Shown here: piece by piece, positions 23,301 through 35,700 of the stretch
Layout: each line of letters opens with the position of its first letter
Numbering within the stretch: position 1 is the stretch's first letter
Source of the DNA: Klebsormidium nitens
Lineage: Eukaryota > Plantae > Klebsormidiophyceae
Direction: 5' to 3'
DNA: 64,000 bases
NCBI GenBank assembly: GCA_000708835.1
Contig: DF237451.1
Coordinates: 3,643 to 67,642 of the forward strand
The notes under the pieces: generated by a model
The model's input: the letters and a program-made list of their open reading frames with translations, nothing else
Told to the model about the DNA's origin: nothing
Databases searched by the model: none
Made by a program: the position numbers and the translations under genes

Positions 23301-26300
23301 CGCGGCCCAGCTCGGGCCCCCGGGTCCCCGCCTTCTCGGGGGCAGTGAGCACGGGGGCTCGTCCGGAAGGGAGGTCCGAGGGGGGCTCTCAGCGGCGGCC
23401 GGGGTCTGCTCAGGAGGGCGGCCACGGCGGAGGGCCGGCCGGAGAGCGTGAGTGGGGAGGAAGAGACGCAGGGCAGGCGAGGGAGGGTCTGGCTCGGCAA
23501 GGGGGCCGGGCGTCGCCAGTGCTGGGGGGCAGTGCGCGGGGCCCACTGGCGGTGCGGGAGTGGCTGAATCGGCCGGAACGGGTGGTGGACCGCGTGGAGA
23601 ACCTGCACTTGTTCCGGCAGGTGGTGCTGCTGCTCGAGGCCGCACACCGGCAGGGCACCGTTGTGCGCGGAGTGCGCCCCTCCAACCTAGTTCTCATGGG
23701 CGCGCTCAAAGTGAGCCTTGCTGATGCGGAAGGAGGGGTGGGCACGTCCAAGGTGGTGTCGAGCGCAACGCGCAGCAATACGAGCGGGCGGCTGGGGTCG
23801 AGCCACCCGTCGGGCCTGCGCCCGGCACCGTCGGGGTCGAGCCAGGGGTCGCTGCCCAACAGGCAGCCCGCGGAGGCGAGCCCTACTGCGGGGACCTCGG
23901 GAGCAACGGGGGAGCCAGGCCTGGAGGGGACGGAAGGCGGGGGCGGGGTGCCGGTTATGGGGTCAGGGGGGCCGGGCGACAGGAATCTCCGACCAGGGGA
24001 CGAGGGGGGACAGGAAGGTGCGGAGGGGCTTGGAGGCGAGCCGGAAGCAGGCAGAAGAGGAGCAGAGGGCGCAGGGGGAAGGGAGGGCCGGGCTGAGAAG
24101 GGGAAGCAGGCAGCGACGTCCCCAGTGAAGCGAGCGATGTCCCCTGGAGAGGCGGCGGAGGCGACGTGGTACACCAGCCCGGAGGAGATGATGGGCCACG
24201 TGGCTAGCCCAATGAGCGACATGTACAGTCTGGGCGTGCTGTTCTTCGAGCTGTTTCTGCCGCCCAGCGCACCGGCGGAGCGCGCGCGCGTCATGGCCGA
24301 CCTGCGGCACCGCATCCTGCCGCCCTGGCTCCTGCTGGAGCACAGTAAAGAAGCCGCCTTCATGCTCTGGCTCTTGCACCCGGAACCCAACGCGCGACCC
24401 CGAGCGAGAGACGTGTTACAGAGTGACTTGTTGGCGGAGGCGACCGACGCGTTGGCGGAGCGGCAGGCGGCGATTGACCTGGAAGAAGCGGAGGCCGAGA
24501 CGGAGGTGCTGGCAGAGTTCCTGCAGGCCATGGCCGCGCAGAAGGCGGCCGCGGCGGCGCAATTGCGCGCCGACCTGCAGCGACTGACGCACGACATCCA
24601 GGAGGTCGGCCGCCGCCGCGCGGCCATGGTGCCCCCCGGGGATGATGCCGAGAAGCGGTGGGGGGCAGGGGCCGACGGCAAAGGGGCCAAGAGGAAGCGC
24701 ACCGAAGAGGACGAGGGGGCGGAGGACGAGGACGAAGAAGAGGAAGACGACGGGGGCGAGGTGCTGCGGAGCCCGGCGGTGGCGCGCAAGGCGGAGGCGC
24801 GGCGCAGCAAGCGGTCCCGGGTGATGCGCAACTTCGAGCACCTGGAGAAGGTCTACTTCGCCACACGATGGAGCTCCGCCGCTCGCGAGGGGGGGGCGCT
24901 GATAGCGCCTCTGGGTGGGGACGGCCGGCGGCCGGGCGCCAGCACGCACTCCGGGAGCGAGCTTCGTTCGGGGGGGGAGCCCAGCGGAAGCAACCGGGAG
25001 CCTGGGAGCAGTCTGACCGGGGTGCTGAACCCACCCCGCAAAGAGCGGCACCGGTCGCGGGCGCCGGGGGGTGGCGACTGGCTGGGCGCGTTTTTCGACA
25101 GTCTGTGCAAGTTTGCACGGTACAGCCGGTTCGAGGTGCGCGCCACGCTGCGGCACGGGGACCTGCTGAACACGGCCAACATGGTGTGCAGCCTCGGCTT
25201 CGACCGCGACGACGAGTTCTTTGCGACGGCGGGCGTGTGCAAGCGCATCAAGGTGTTCGAGTGCAACGCGGTGCTGAGCGAGGGCGTGGACATCCACTAC
25301 CCCGTTGTGGAGATGGTGTCGCGCTCCAAGCTGAGCAGCATCTGCTGGAACAACTACATCAAGTCGCACATCGCGTCCTCCGACTACGAGGGCATCGTCC
25401 AGGTCAGCACGCTCGGAAAATTGGCGAAGGCTGGTGATTTGCTACTTCTAATTTGGTGTTCAGTCTTTTCATGCCTTCCAGGCTTCCCTGCTACTCGCCT
25501 TATTGGCTGATAGCGGTACTCGGGTTCCGTATCTGGCTTCGGTGATGCTCTTTGCTGACGCTTGCTAATCCTGTTTCTGCCGCAGCTGTGGGACGCGAGC
25601 ACGAGCCAGGTGGTAATGCACTACGAGGAGCACGAGAAGCGTGCCTGGTCCGTCGACTTCTCCAAGGCCGACCCCACGCGCCTCGCCTCCGGCGGCGACG
25701 ACGGCTGCGTCAAGCTCTGGTCCATCTCGCAGGTGCGCCACAAGAGCAGACAGTTGGCACAGGCCGGGCTGCGGGTCCTTCGGAATCATTCTTGATTTTT
25801 GAAACGCTTCTACAGGCCCTTCGTAAATCAAGCAAGTCATGTAGGTTTGAGCGTCTTGCCTAACAATGGCAATCCGTTGATGGCTGTGTTGGAGGATTGG
25901 GACGTTTCGTTGGTTTTCTCAACCAACGTTTCTGTTGCTGTTGAAAAGGACAAGGCTTCGCAGGATCTCGTTGGACATTCAAAGCTTGCCGTCCTGTACC
26001 TCAAGCCTGACGCGTCTTGTCCCCGTGCGCAGGAGCCGAGCGTGGCGACGATCAAGACGAAGGCGAACGTGTGCTGCGTCCAGTTTTCGAGCGAGTCGTC
26101 GCACCTGATTGCCTTCGGCAGCGCGGACTACAAGGTGTATGCGTACGATTTGCGCGCCACGCGCGCGCCGCTGGCGGTGCTGGCGGGCCACGGCAAGGCG
26201 GTGAGCTACGTCAAGTTCGTGGACGGCGGCACGCTGGTCAGCGCGTCCACGGACAACACGCTCAAGCTCTGGGACCTCGCCAAGGGGACCAACCCCACCA

Positions 26301-26887
26301 CCGCGCCCGCCGCCTGCACGCTCTCCTACATAGGCCACACCAACGAAAAGGTGAGTCCCACGCCGAACTAGGGGGGTGGGCAGACAAACTTGTGGGGGGC
26401 AGGCCATGGCTGCATGGACCAAACGAGGCTCTCTTTGCAGCTTGTTTGGTTTCGGATGACCAACAGTGCACAAAGAGAGGAGTGTGTGCTGCTTCAATCT
26501 GGTCCCGTAAGAGCTTCTGGAGGGACCATGCTCGGTCAGCAACACGATCTTTTGCAGATCTGGATCCAGCAATGCGCTTGCATGGGATCTCTCCTCGTGT
26601 TTTGCTTATTTATCACTGATGTTCTCCTGCCGCAGAACTTCGTGGGGCTGTCGGTGTCAGACGGCTACATCGCGTGCGGGTCGGAGAACAACGCGGTCTA
26701 TGCCTACCACAAGTCGCTGCCCATGCCCATGGCGTCGCACGCGTTCCGGGGGGCAGACCCGGTGACGGGACAGGAGATCGAGGACGACGCGGGCCAGTTT
26801 GTGAGCAGCGTGTGCTGGCGGGAAAGGTCCAACATGCTAGTTGCGGCTAACTCCATGGGCAACATCAAGTTGCTGGAGATGGTCTAG
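20311..26887 (+). CDS. SPA: SPA (SUPPRESSOR OF PHYA-105) family: long low-complexity N-terminus, kinase-like domain, coiled coil, WD40 repeats; 7 exons
   Basis: Exons 20311-20808, 21103-21762, 21992-22261, 22544-25402, 25586-25732, 26033-26350, 26636-26887. Motifs: [32 protein letters not shown]...[14 protein letters not shown]...[13 protein letters not shown]...[90 protein letters not shown]. It has a kinase-like domain and no RING, so it is SPA rather than COP1. Confidence 0.93.
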
Positions 26888-28609
26888 GTACGTGCTCATG
26901 TCGAAAAGAGGTCGTAACGACAGCGGGATTCGAGCTGCGGTTAGCAGCCAACGTGTTGACGCTCCGGTTGGTGACCGGGGCTGTGAGTTGGTAGCGTGTA
27001 AATAGATTGGTTCGTCAGAGCATATGATACAAGCATTTTTCCAGTTACAGCGAATACATTGGTGCCGTGTACCTCCTATAGACGAAAGTACAATGCAGAA
27101 AGACTTCCATGCTGGAACAGCAAAAAATAGAGTGCAATGTAGTGACAGACTTTTAACCTGACGCTGTCGACTAAGTCTTAAAAGAGAACTGTCCACCTTA
27201 TTGTGGCCTCACGTGCATGTGCGGCCCAGGCGCACTAGGTGGAGACAATCATGGACTCATGCCTAAATCGGTGCGCCGCGGCCTCCACCATGTACCATGG
27301 TGTGTGTGAAGGCTGCCGGATCGCTTCGAAAGGCTGCATCAGGTGGCAGCCAGAGTATATCTGACGGCCAGGTGTACTATATAGAACATGTAAGTTCATA
27401 TGTACATGTGACATATCAAGATTCCTTGATATGCAGGTACGTAGAGATGCATGAGTCCATATCACATATGCGCGTACCGTCATTTCAACTTCACATGCAC
27501 ACGGACCGTCGATCTTGATGCATGATGATTGAGTGCTTCAAGCAGAGCTAGCAGAGGTTCTGTCAATGTACCATCACTGTCACGTAAATTGTCACTGCGA
27601 TGGCACATGCGAAAATAGTACAATCACTTCAGCAATTCCACGATCGCAAACTGACTCAATCAATGATATATGCCAGTCCTTGGACTCTGTCGCCGGCACG
27701 CATGCGAGTAAGCTAGCCATCAATGCTTAACTTAGTAAGTGATGCCAAAGCTCATCGCATGCGGTTTCTATGATCGACTTACAGGCTCTCGAGCTTCACT
27801 GATTCACAATTCAACATTCGCAAGCTGCCGCCGGCCGCCCAGGCTGATAGCTAGATTGGAAGGCCTGTGATATATGGCCGGCCTTAACCATTGCACCGCA
27901 CGCGCACGCCCGGCATGTGCAGCCGCTATATACTAGCTACACCAAGGCCGGCCGGGCCGCAGATCCTTTAACTAGCGACGTACATATATTTTGAGATCGA
28001 CGTGCATTATAGTAGATCATAATGTATGCTATGTATACATTATGCATACCTACTTTGAGTGACTTCTATCATTGCACTCAACTGCGGTAAAGCCGCATGC
28101 CGCTTGTGCTAAGGGATGCCCTCGGAGGAATTATTGAGCAATGGGATACTGGCTCCGAACCGACAAGCTAGACGCCTGCTCGCAAGCACATCTCCGAAGC
28201 ACCGACATTGTACCCCACCAAACTCTTGAGTTTCAAGTTTCAACGAGCACTACTGCAGCGGATCGACCTGGAAGAGTGGGCATGTGACGGTATAATAGCC
28301 TTCAAACAAATTAGCTGTACGACGTCAGCCGCTTAGGAAAGGACACAATTAGAACTCTGTAGTGGGGATCGAGATGCTTTACGACCGCTACATAAAGAGA
28401 AACCATGCCAGTGTAAGATCTTGCTTGCAGGTAGATCAGATCATGTAGATGAATTAGCTTGTTAGGTAGAACTCGGCCCCGAACCCATGTACTCAATTAA
28501 GCCCCATGCCTCGGTACGGGCTTTATAATGTGATGTATGTATTGCACATATGCTACGTGCACGCAATTTATGATATGGTTCGAATGATCATATGCCCAAT
28601 TTAATATAG

Positions 28610-28804
28610 TACCGTACTGCTTTTTAATATCGGCACCTTCGACGCAAAATAGTTAATTATGAAACGTTTGAAACTTTCGGCAGACCCAGCGTTACCTGCT
28701 AAAAAGAACCGTTATCGACCATTATCGCTCTTGGAAATTATTTAAAATTTTCAGCAGGCCAAATAATTATTTATTTTTCGCCGAATTTAAAAAGCAGTAC
28801 GGTA
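28610..28804. mobile_element. Tc1/mariner-type (Stowaway-like) MITE, about 190 bp, TA TSD
   Basis: TACCGTACTGCTTTTTAA at 28610-28627 and TTAAAAAGCAGTACGGTA at 28787-28804 are an exact inverse, extendable to about 25 bp with 2 mismatches. The terminal TA on each side fits a TA target duplication. The interior is AT-rich. Confidence 0.8.
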
Positions 28805-29710
28805 TCTAGGCTCAGTGCTATAAAGAACTTATTCGACGAAGTTCACTGCGTGTATGCATATGATTACATTGCCAAGCTTTGGCCGCCGTTGAACTTACAT
28901 TCATGAACCCAGATCGTTAAACAATGCGCATGCATGTCGGCGGGTATACTTGAAGCCAGTGACTGAGGCATGTCGGACCGCGCGTGCCATGGAGGGCCAA
29001 AGTTCAAATATCTTTGTTTAGTGTGCAACAAAAGCATGTATCACAATTAATGCAGCACGTGCCAGGAACGGTGTTGTGACGCGTTCTAGTGCAACATGAC
29101 GAGCACGATCTGTAATAGGATTGGCTCCAATCCTATTTTGAGCTCGAGCTCACAACTTTGGTTGTGATATATGAAGCTTCTGCTAGCACACTTGGTAGAA
29201 ATGAAGTTAGTCCATTGAGGCTATGGTACAGTAGCCAAAGATACACACAATTTGTACATGTGCGACATGCAGTGAAGCAAGCCTATGGCGTGTTTGGCTG
29301 CGTCCAGAATCAAAAGAGACCACAATCATATGGTCATTTTGCATGACAGTCACAAACGTACGTACTGGATTCTCAATTGAGAAACTTAAGCGTGAGTCTT
29401 GACCCGGCAACGGATAGACTGAAGAGCAAGGCATGATAACGAATCAAACTTCAATATCGATTTCAAACCGTCATTTCAGATCATGATTTCCGGAAGTAAA
29501 CCTGTTTTGGTACTACTACTCCTTCTGATACGGATTGGCCGTCAGTGACCAGATTCCGTCGGACCTAAGCTAGCCCCTAGCTCCTTCCCAACCTTGGAAG
29601 GCGCGGATGCAACACGTGCGGGCTCGTACGAGCCCAACATCTAACTCGACCTCTTACTAGAAGCCAGAATGGTGGCTGCCTACCTAATTCTCATTCAAAC
29701 TAGCTGCCCC

Positions 29711-32700
29711 TTAGTTTACCTCGTCGTCCTCAGTGTCATCGTCGCTGAACGCCGTGCCGTAGCCCTCGCTCGTCTGCCACCCCCCGATCTTGGGATACCA
29801 CGACGGCTTGCTCGCGTTGCTCGCGGCTCTGGGTGCCGGCGTGCCTCCCCGGGGCCCGCCCCTCTGCGGCAGTTTCTGGCCCAGCCGGATGGCCCGCTGC
29901 TGTTCCACGAAGTTGAGCTTGCGGCCCCGCGGCACGGGCGGCCGCAGCCAGCGCCGCAGGCTGGCCGCCGAGATGGTGATAGAGCCACTGCTCTCGTGGC
30001 CGTCGAAGCGCAGCTGCAGCCGCCGCAGCAACGACCCCACCGCAATCGCGCTCCTGCAAAACAGAGAGGAGCCGTGAGGTTGTCGTGGACTCCGTTATGC
30101 GTCTATCGACGTCTTGGCTAACGACGTCTTGGCTAAGAGAGGGGTTCCGACGGGAAGAGGCTTGCCCAATCTGCTGCAAGTGCTTTTGAATCTCCTTTGA
30201 GAAATCGGTCCAATCACGTTGACCAATCAAAGTAGTGTGATTGCGACGCTTTCCTTATTTCAGGTCGGAAAGGAGGAGGGCACGCAGACGAACAGCAACG
30301 GCCCTGACCTGGAGGAGATGTGGATCATGTGGCCCTCCATCTCCTTGTTGGGCGACGGCTCCAAATGCGTCTTCAGCTTGAGCGTGATGGGGTACAGCTT
30401 GGCAGCCGCGCCTGCAGCCCGACATCTCACAGAATCAGCCACCGAGCTAGGCACCATGACAAGTCCACAGCCAGGAACGAACAAGCCTCGGACACCGAGT
30501 TGTCTGTACGCGACACAAAGCAGGGCCTGCAGGCTGGAACCAGCTTTTCTGGTCTTCGAAGCTGCTGGGTTTTGTCGAGACTCTGGCTGCTCGCAGTAAG
30601 CGCCATCACGTGATTATACGAGTCCAAGAGGCCACACTTGCTTGTCACTCTAGCCGGAGCCTTCGAGGCATAGAATCGAAGGGCCCTGCTAGAGAGACAA
30701 GCATGCCTCTTACTCAGTGATGTTCACTTGTGCGCCGAGGAACATCTGTGCGCTGCGGTGAATATTACGAGTTTCTGTTTTCACACTGCAATATTGCACC
30801 AGGACTACAATACCCCCGTTTTACATCGGATCAAGCACGGCTTCCACGTCTATCGGACACCCTCTGCGTGCCCCTTCTTGCGGCTCACCTGCTGCCTGCT
30901 TGAGCCGGACCCTCTTGATCATGGCCAGCACGCACACCTCCGCCGCGTTGGGCGGCAGGTACGTCATGTCCAGCGTGGCGGGCCCCGCCATGCTGCACTG
31001 CGGCATGCTGACTTTCGCCGCCACTTCCTCGTACAGCGCCACCGCCCCCGGGCTGTACAGCCCCGCGCCGTCGTCCGTGAACAGCCCCTCCCCGGTGGGC
31101 TGCCGCCCGCGCGAGCGCTTTCCGGGGGCCCTCCTGCTGGCGCGCCACACGGACGTGATGGTCGGGCCGGGCGTGGCGGGCAGCTTGAAGCAGCCCAGCA
31201 GCATCGAGAACGTGCCGACGGGCACGCGCACGCCTGCGGCAACGGTCTCCCGGTAGACCTGCAGCGCGCGGTACGCCCTGCGCAGGAAGGCAGGGAAGAG
31301 GATCAGAAGCGGGCGGAGCGGGCAGGGTGGGAACTACAAGCGGTCGAGGAGAATTAGAACGCAAAGCAAGTGGTGGAGGGCCCTTCTGCAAGTGCCAAAA
31401 GAAACAGATGATCGCCCTGAAGCGCTCAACAAGAGTTTACAAAGGACAAATGATGTCCGGGACCTTTTTGAACGCAAAACGTTTGGCATCCTCGTTCAGA
31501 CTAGCTGTGCCGCAATGAACTGAGAAGGAAGAAGCGTGATGCGGGACGAACTGCATATAGAAAACCACAGCGTGCCGAGCAACATTGGGCCCGTGACCCG
31601 AACGTCTAACATTCAACGACCGGTTGGTGGATGGCCGGGGCTTACCACTGGGTGCGCGGGGGCTGCTTGGCAACCTCCCAGGCCCAAGGGCCCACACTGG
31701 TCGCCGGAGAAGGCGCGCCCGCATTGGACCAGATCTGGTTCGCACAAATCTCTGCAGGACAGCGGCACAGCGCGAGGTCAGCATCACCTTCAACATCAAG
31801 TTACGCTGAAAGAGGGATGTCTGTGGACCGGGAAGAGAGCAGGTACGCCAAGCGCTATTGGTCTCGTGTCTGGGGGGAGGAGTGCTTCAACAAGGGCATG
31901 GAATATGATACTTGAAAATGAAAGAAGCAAGAAAGGTGGCCCCTGCCCTGGAACGAACAGGTCGAGAGTAGGGATGCTCCCCGAGAGCATTGTCTTCACG
32001 CACATGGCCGGCTGCTTACCAGTGAGCACTTTGCAGGCTGTGAGGAATGGCGGGATGCCCTCTGCAAGAGCCATGTGATACAGCTCGAACGCCTGGTCGG
32101 CCTCCTTCTTACTGCAGGCAGGAAGACACAACATTGAGTAAGATGCCCGTATTCGAAAGAGCTGGCATCGTAGACAGTGCCACTTCATCTCGCAGTAACA
32201 GTTTTGAACCAAAAGAAAAGAATCCATCCGCAAGCACTGCAACAATGGGAAGGTTTCGGACTGCTCTTACGGCAGCGAATCGAAGCTCGACTACCTCCCA
32301 AAAGCCCAGTACCAATACTCGGAATAGAAGCTGGCCAGCCTAGGCAAAGGTGGGGTGTGGAGCTCACGAGGCGCATGCGTGCAGGAGGGAGGAGTAGGTG
32401 ATCCTGTCAGGCTTGACACCGCGGCTGCGCATGTCGTCTAGCAGGGCCAGCGCCTCTGAGAGGTGCCCCGCGCGGCCCTTCACGCCGATCAGCGCGTTGT
32501 AAATGGCCGCCGACGGCACAATGCCCTCCGCCTGCATCTGGTCGAATAGCCGCTCCGACTCGGGGATCATGCCCGCCTGCGAAAAGCGAGCAGAAAGGGC
32601 CGTCAAAGTCTGGGCCCGTCTCAGTCAACGCCTGAGAAATTTGTTTTTGAAGCATTCGAGCAGCGACCCTTGGCAAAAAAAGTCATCGCACAAAAAAAAC

Positions 32701-35700
32701 AAGCAAATACCTGAACACTTCGGGAGTACGAATCCCTCGACCCTAGGAACCATAATCAAAGTTCACGACAAAGACGTAACAAAAGCTCATTGATCAGGAG
32801 ATACCCACCTTTCCGAACATGCCGATGAGCGCTCCATAAGTGACGGCACCGATTGGCACGCCCGCAACTCGCATCTCGGTGAGCAGGTACAGTGCTACGT
32901 CCAGCTGGCCTGAATGGCCCGCCACGTCGATCAGAGCGCTGAACACCACCTGCATTCAGCACACAAGATAGAGGTCGAAAACCTGAAATCTCATATGAAT
33001 TCGCTCGCTGGGTGCACATACTCGTCTCTTTGTCGACAGATTGACAGCAGTGGTCGTTCCGTGCCAGGGAGAGTACATATCCTGAAAGACGGGTCTAGGC
33101 TTGCTAGCCAAAGCACAGTCGTGGCAGGATCGTTGAGGAGATTGGAGGGGAGTCGTCGAAACAGAACTTTAAGAGCCGTCCAGCGACTTCGCACCTCGTC
33201 GGGCATGATGCCTGCTGCGCGCATGTCTGCATAGATGGCGAGCGCCTTTGCCACGTCCCCGTCCTTGCTGCAGGCATGCACCAGCGACGTGTACACCTCC
33301 CTGGACGGCATCACGCCGCCCTCCACCATCCCCGCATAGATCTCTATCGCGCGCTCCAGCTGCAACGCCCAAAGTGGAGACGTGTCAGCGAGGTGGACGA
33401 TCAAGACGAAGGGTGCTGCGCCTACGGCTCAGCCCTTTCTGAAAACCAGTGGTTTGGTCAGCGACCTTTAATAATACTTCCTCCTCACTTTGTGCGCACA
33501 TGATTAGCTATACGATCCACCTTACCAATCTTAAAGTATGAACTTGATTCCCAAGAGGAATCAACCGTATCTCTAAGAGGTAGCCAACTCCTCTCACGAC
33601 CTTTTGCAGCGGATCTGTCGTATGCAACCTGGCCACTGAGAAGCGTGACCGAACCTTGCACCACTCAGCATGACCTCGGAGTGTCTGCTCGGGCACTCAC
33701 CTCTCCCGCTTGTGCGCATGCATTGACGAGCGTGCCGAGCGTGATGGCGTCCGGCTTCAGACCCTGTATCGCCATGTCGCCATACACGTCGAACGCTCGC
33801 GCGACCACCCCGGACCGGCCACACGCGTTGATCAGCGAGTTGAAGACTGCTTGGTCGGGCTTGATGTTCTGCACAGCCAACAGCGAAGCCTTGACTGCGA
33901 CTTCACGACCGAGTATTATTCTCGCGCACAACTGAAGTTTGAGGGAAACTTCGTGCAGTTGCGCACCAGACCCTGCAACTTGCCCCTCGAACGCCAAGGC
34001 TGGCCATCAATGCTTGGAAGAGTCTCACAATAAACAACAGCTTGTCTCAACGGAACTCCATCTGCACACTTCCACTGCCACAGCTGCCTCAGAAGCGGAC
34101 AACTCAGTCAGGCGCTCACCTTCTTGAGCATGATGCTGTAGGCTCCGAAGGCCTTGGCCACCTGGCGCACTTCCGCACAGCCGTGGATGAGCGCGGCAAA
34201 CGTGTACCGGTTCGGCTCCACGCCCGCAGCCTCCATGTCGTGGAACACCTGCCGGAGCACAGGACTGGGCGCTCAGCAACAAGAGTACAATTTCTCCATA
34301 TGGGTACATAGGACTTGTAGAATTGCCGAATTGACAAAAGACAAGGGAAATGTGGTTTCTCGATTTTGCAAAACTTTCGTGACACATGATCTCGAGATGA
34401 GGATTGACTCCGATAACATAATGATGTACCGACGTCTTTTCCACAGCCAGCCAGTCAAGCGAAGATAAGCGCCACTGTGTCGTCAAGAAGACCAATCGGG
34501 TTAGAGTAAGACGCCATTAAAATAACTATCTTCTCGCAAAATCTGCAAGTCAAGCACTTACCTTGAACGCAAGGTCCAGCCTCCTGGCGTTCATGCAGGT
34601 GGTGATGAGCCCCGTGTACAGATGGCAGTCTGGGACCACCCTCGCGCCGTGCGCCACGGCCAGCACGTCGAAACCACCTGCAAGAGGAAGGACAAGGAGC
34701 TGAGCAGGGGGAACGGCGACTTCTCGAAAGACGCAGTTGAGAAGCGGAACAGAACAATCACAGGGTTGCGCACTTTGAATCGCAGAGATGGTTCCGTGCA
34801 GACAAATGTCAAGTGCCACACGTGACCCTCGAGACTGCAACGACCTCGAAAAGCAGACAGGATAAGCGGATTGTAACCAGCCAGAACAGCTACCTTCCAT
34901 GACGGGCTTCCTTTCGGGTCTGAAAGTGACGAAGCACCACAAAAAAACATTTTGTACTTACGATCCACATCGGCCTTCTGAGCACAAACCCCCATGACGG
35001 AGGTCAGCAGGGTGAGCGTGGGCGCGCGGAACAGCTTGAGGAAGCGTACACTCAGAGCAGCGTCTGGCTGGGAAGCGCACAGCTGCAGCACACGCTGGTG
35101 CGACACGTGCTGCAATTCCACCAGCACAAGTTCATAAGACACTTTCGTGGGGGTAGAGTGTTCGTGGGGGCTTGAGTCGATTTGACCTCCACAGCGTTTG
35201 ATGCTCCACCTACAACGTTATGGGTGATGAATGGCGCTGCTGATTGCGGGAAAAGGTCAACCTCTCCTTGGACCCATCATCAACGCACTACGCTTTGGAT
35301 TGCAAGCGTTAGCATCTGCCTGTGCCGATTGAAGTCAACGAAAGGGCATCCAACAAATGTCGCAGAGGATTTTTCGAGCGTTTAATGTGTTTCGAGGGTT
35401 TAACATGCGGCATGCCTTACCTTCTTGATATTTAGAAGTCCTGCCTGCTGTCCTGCCTCTATGATGTCTATGCACTCCTTAGCCCTGTATCAAGAAACAC
35501 CGAATATCGAGTGTTGAAACATGTTACTGACAATGGGGAGACTCGGGTTCCAAACTTCAATGGCCATACCTCGATTCTGCTGCTTCGCGGTCTTCTAGAC
35601 TGGCACCTGGACCTTTTGACTTGACCCTTATCACAGCATGCGTCAGCACCCCTCACTCGTCAACCTGCAATTTGTCCATCTGAAGCTTTGGGTACAAGAA

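Noticed and set aside
29114-29137. 11-bp-stem hairpin AATAGGATTGG-CT-CCAATCCTATT as a Helitron 3' end
   Set aside because: No CTRR followed by T at the expected distance on either strand, and no matching TC 5' end.
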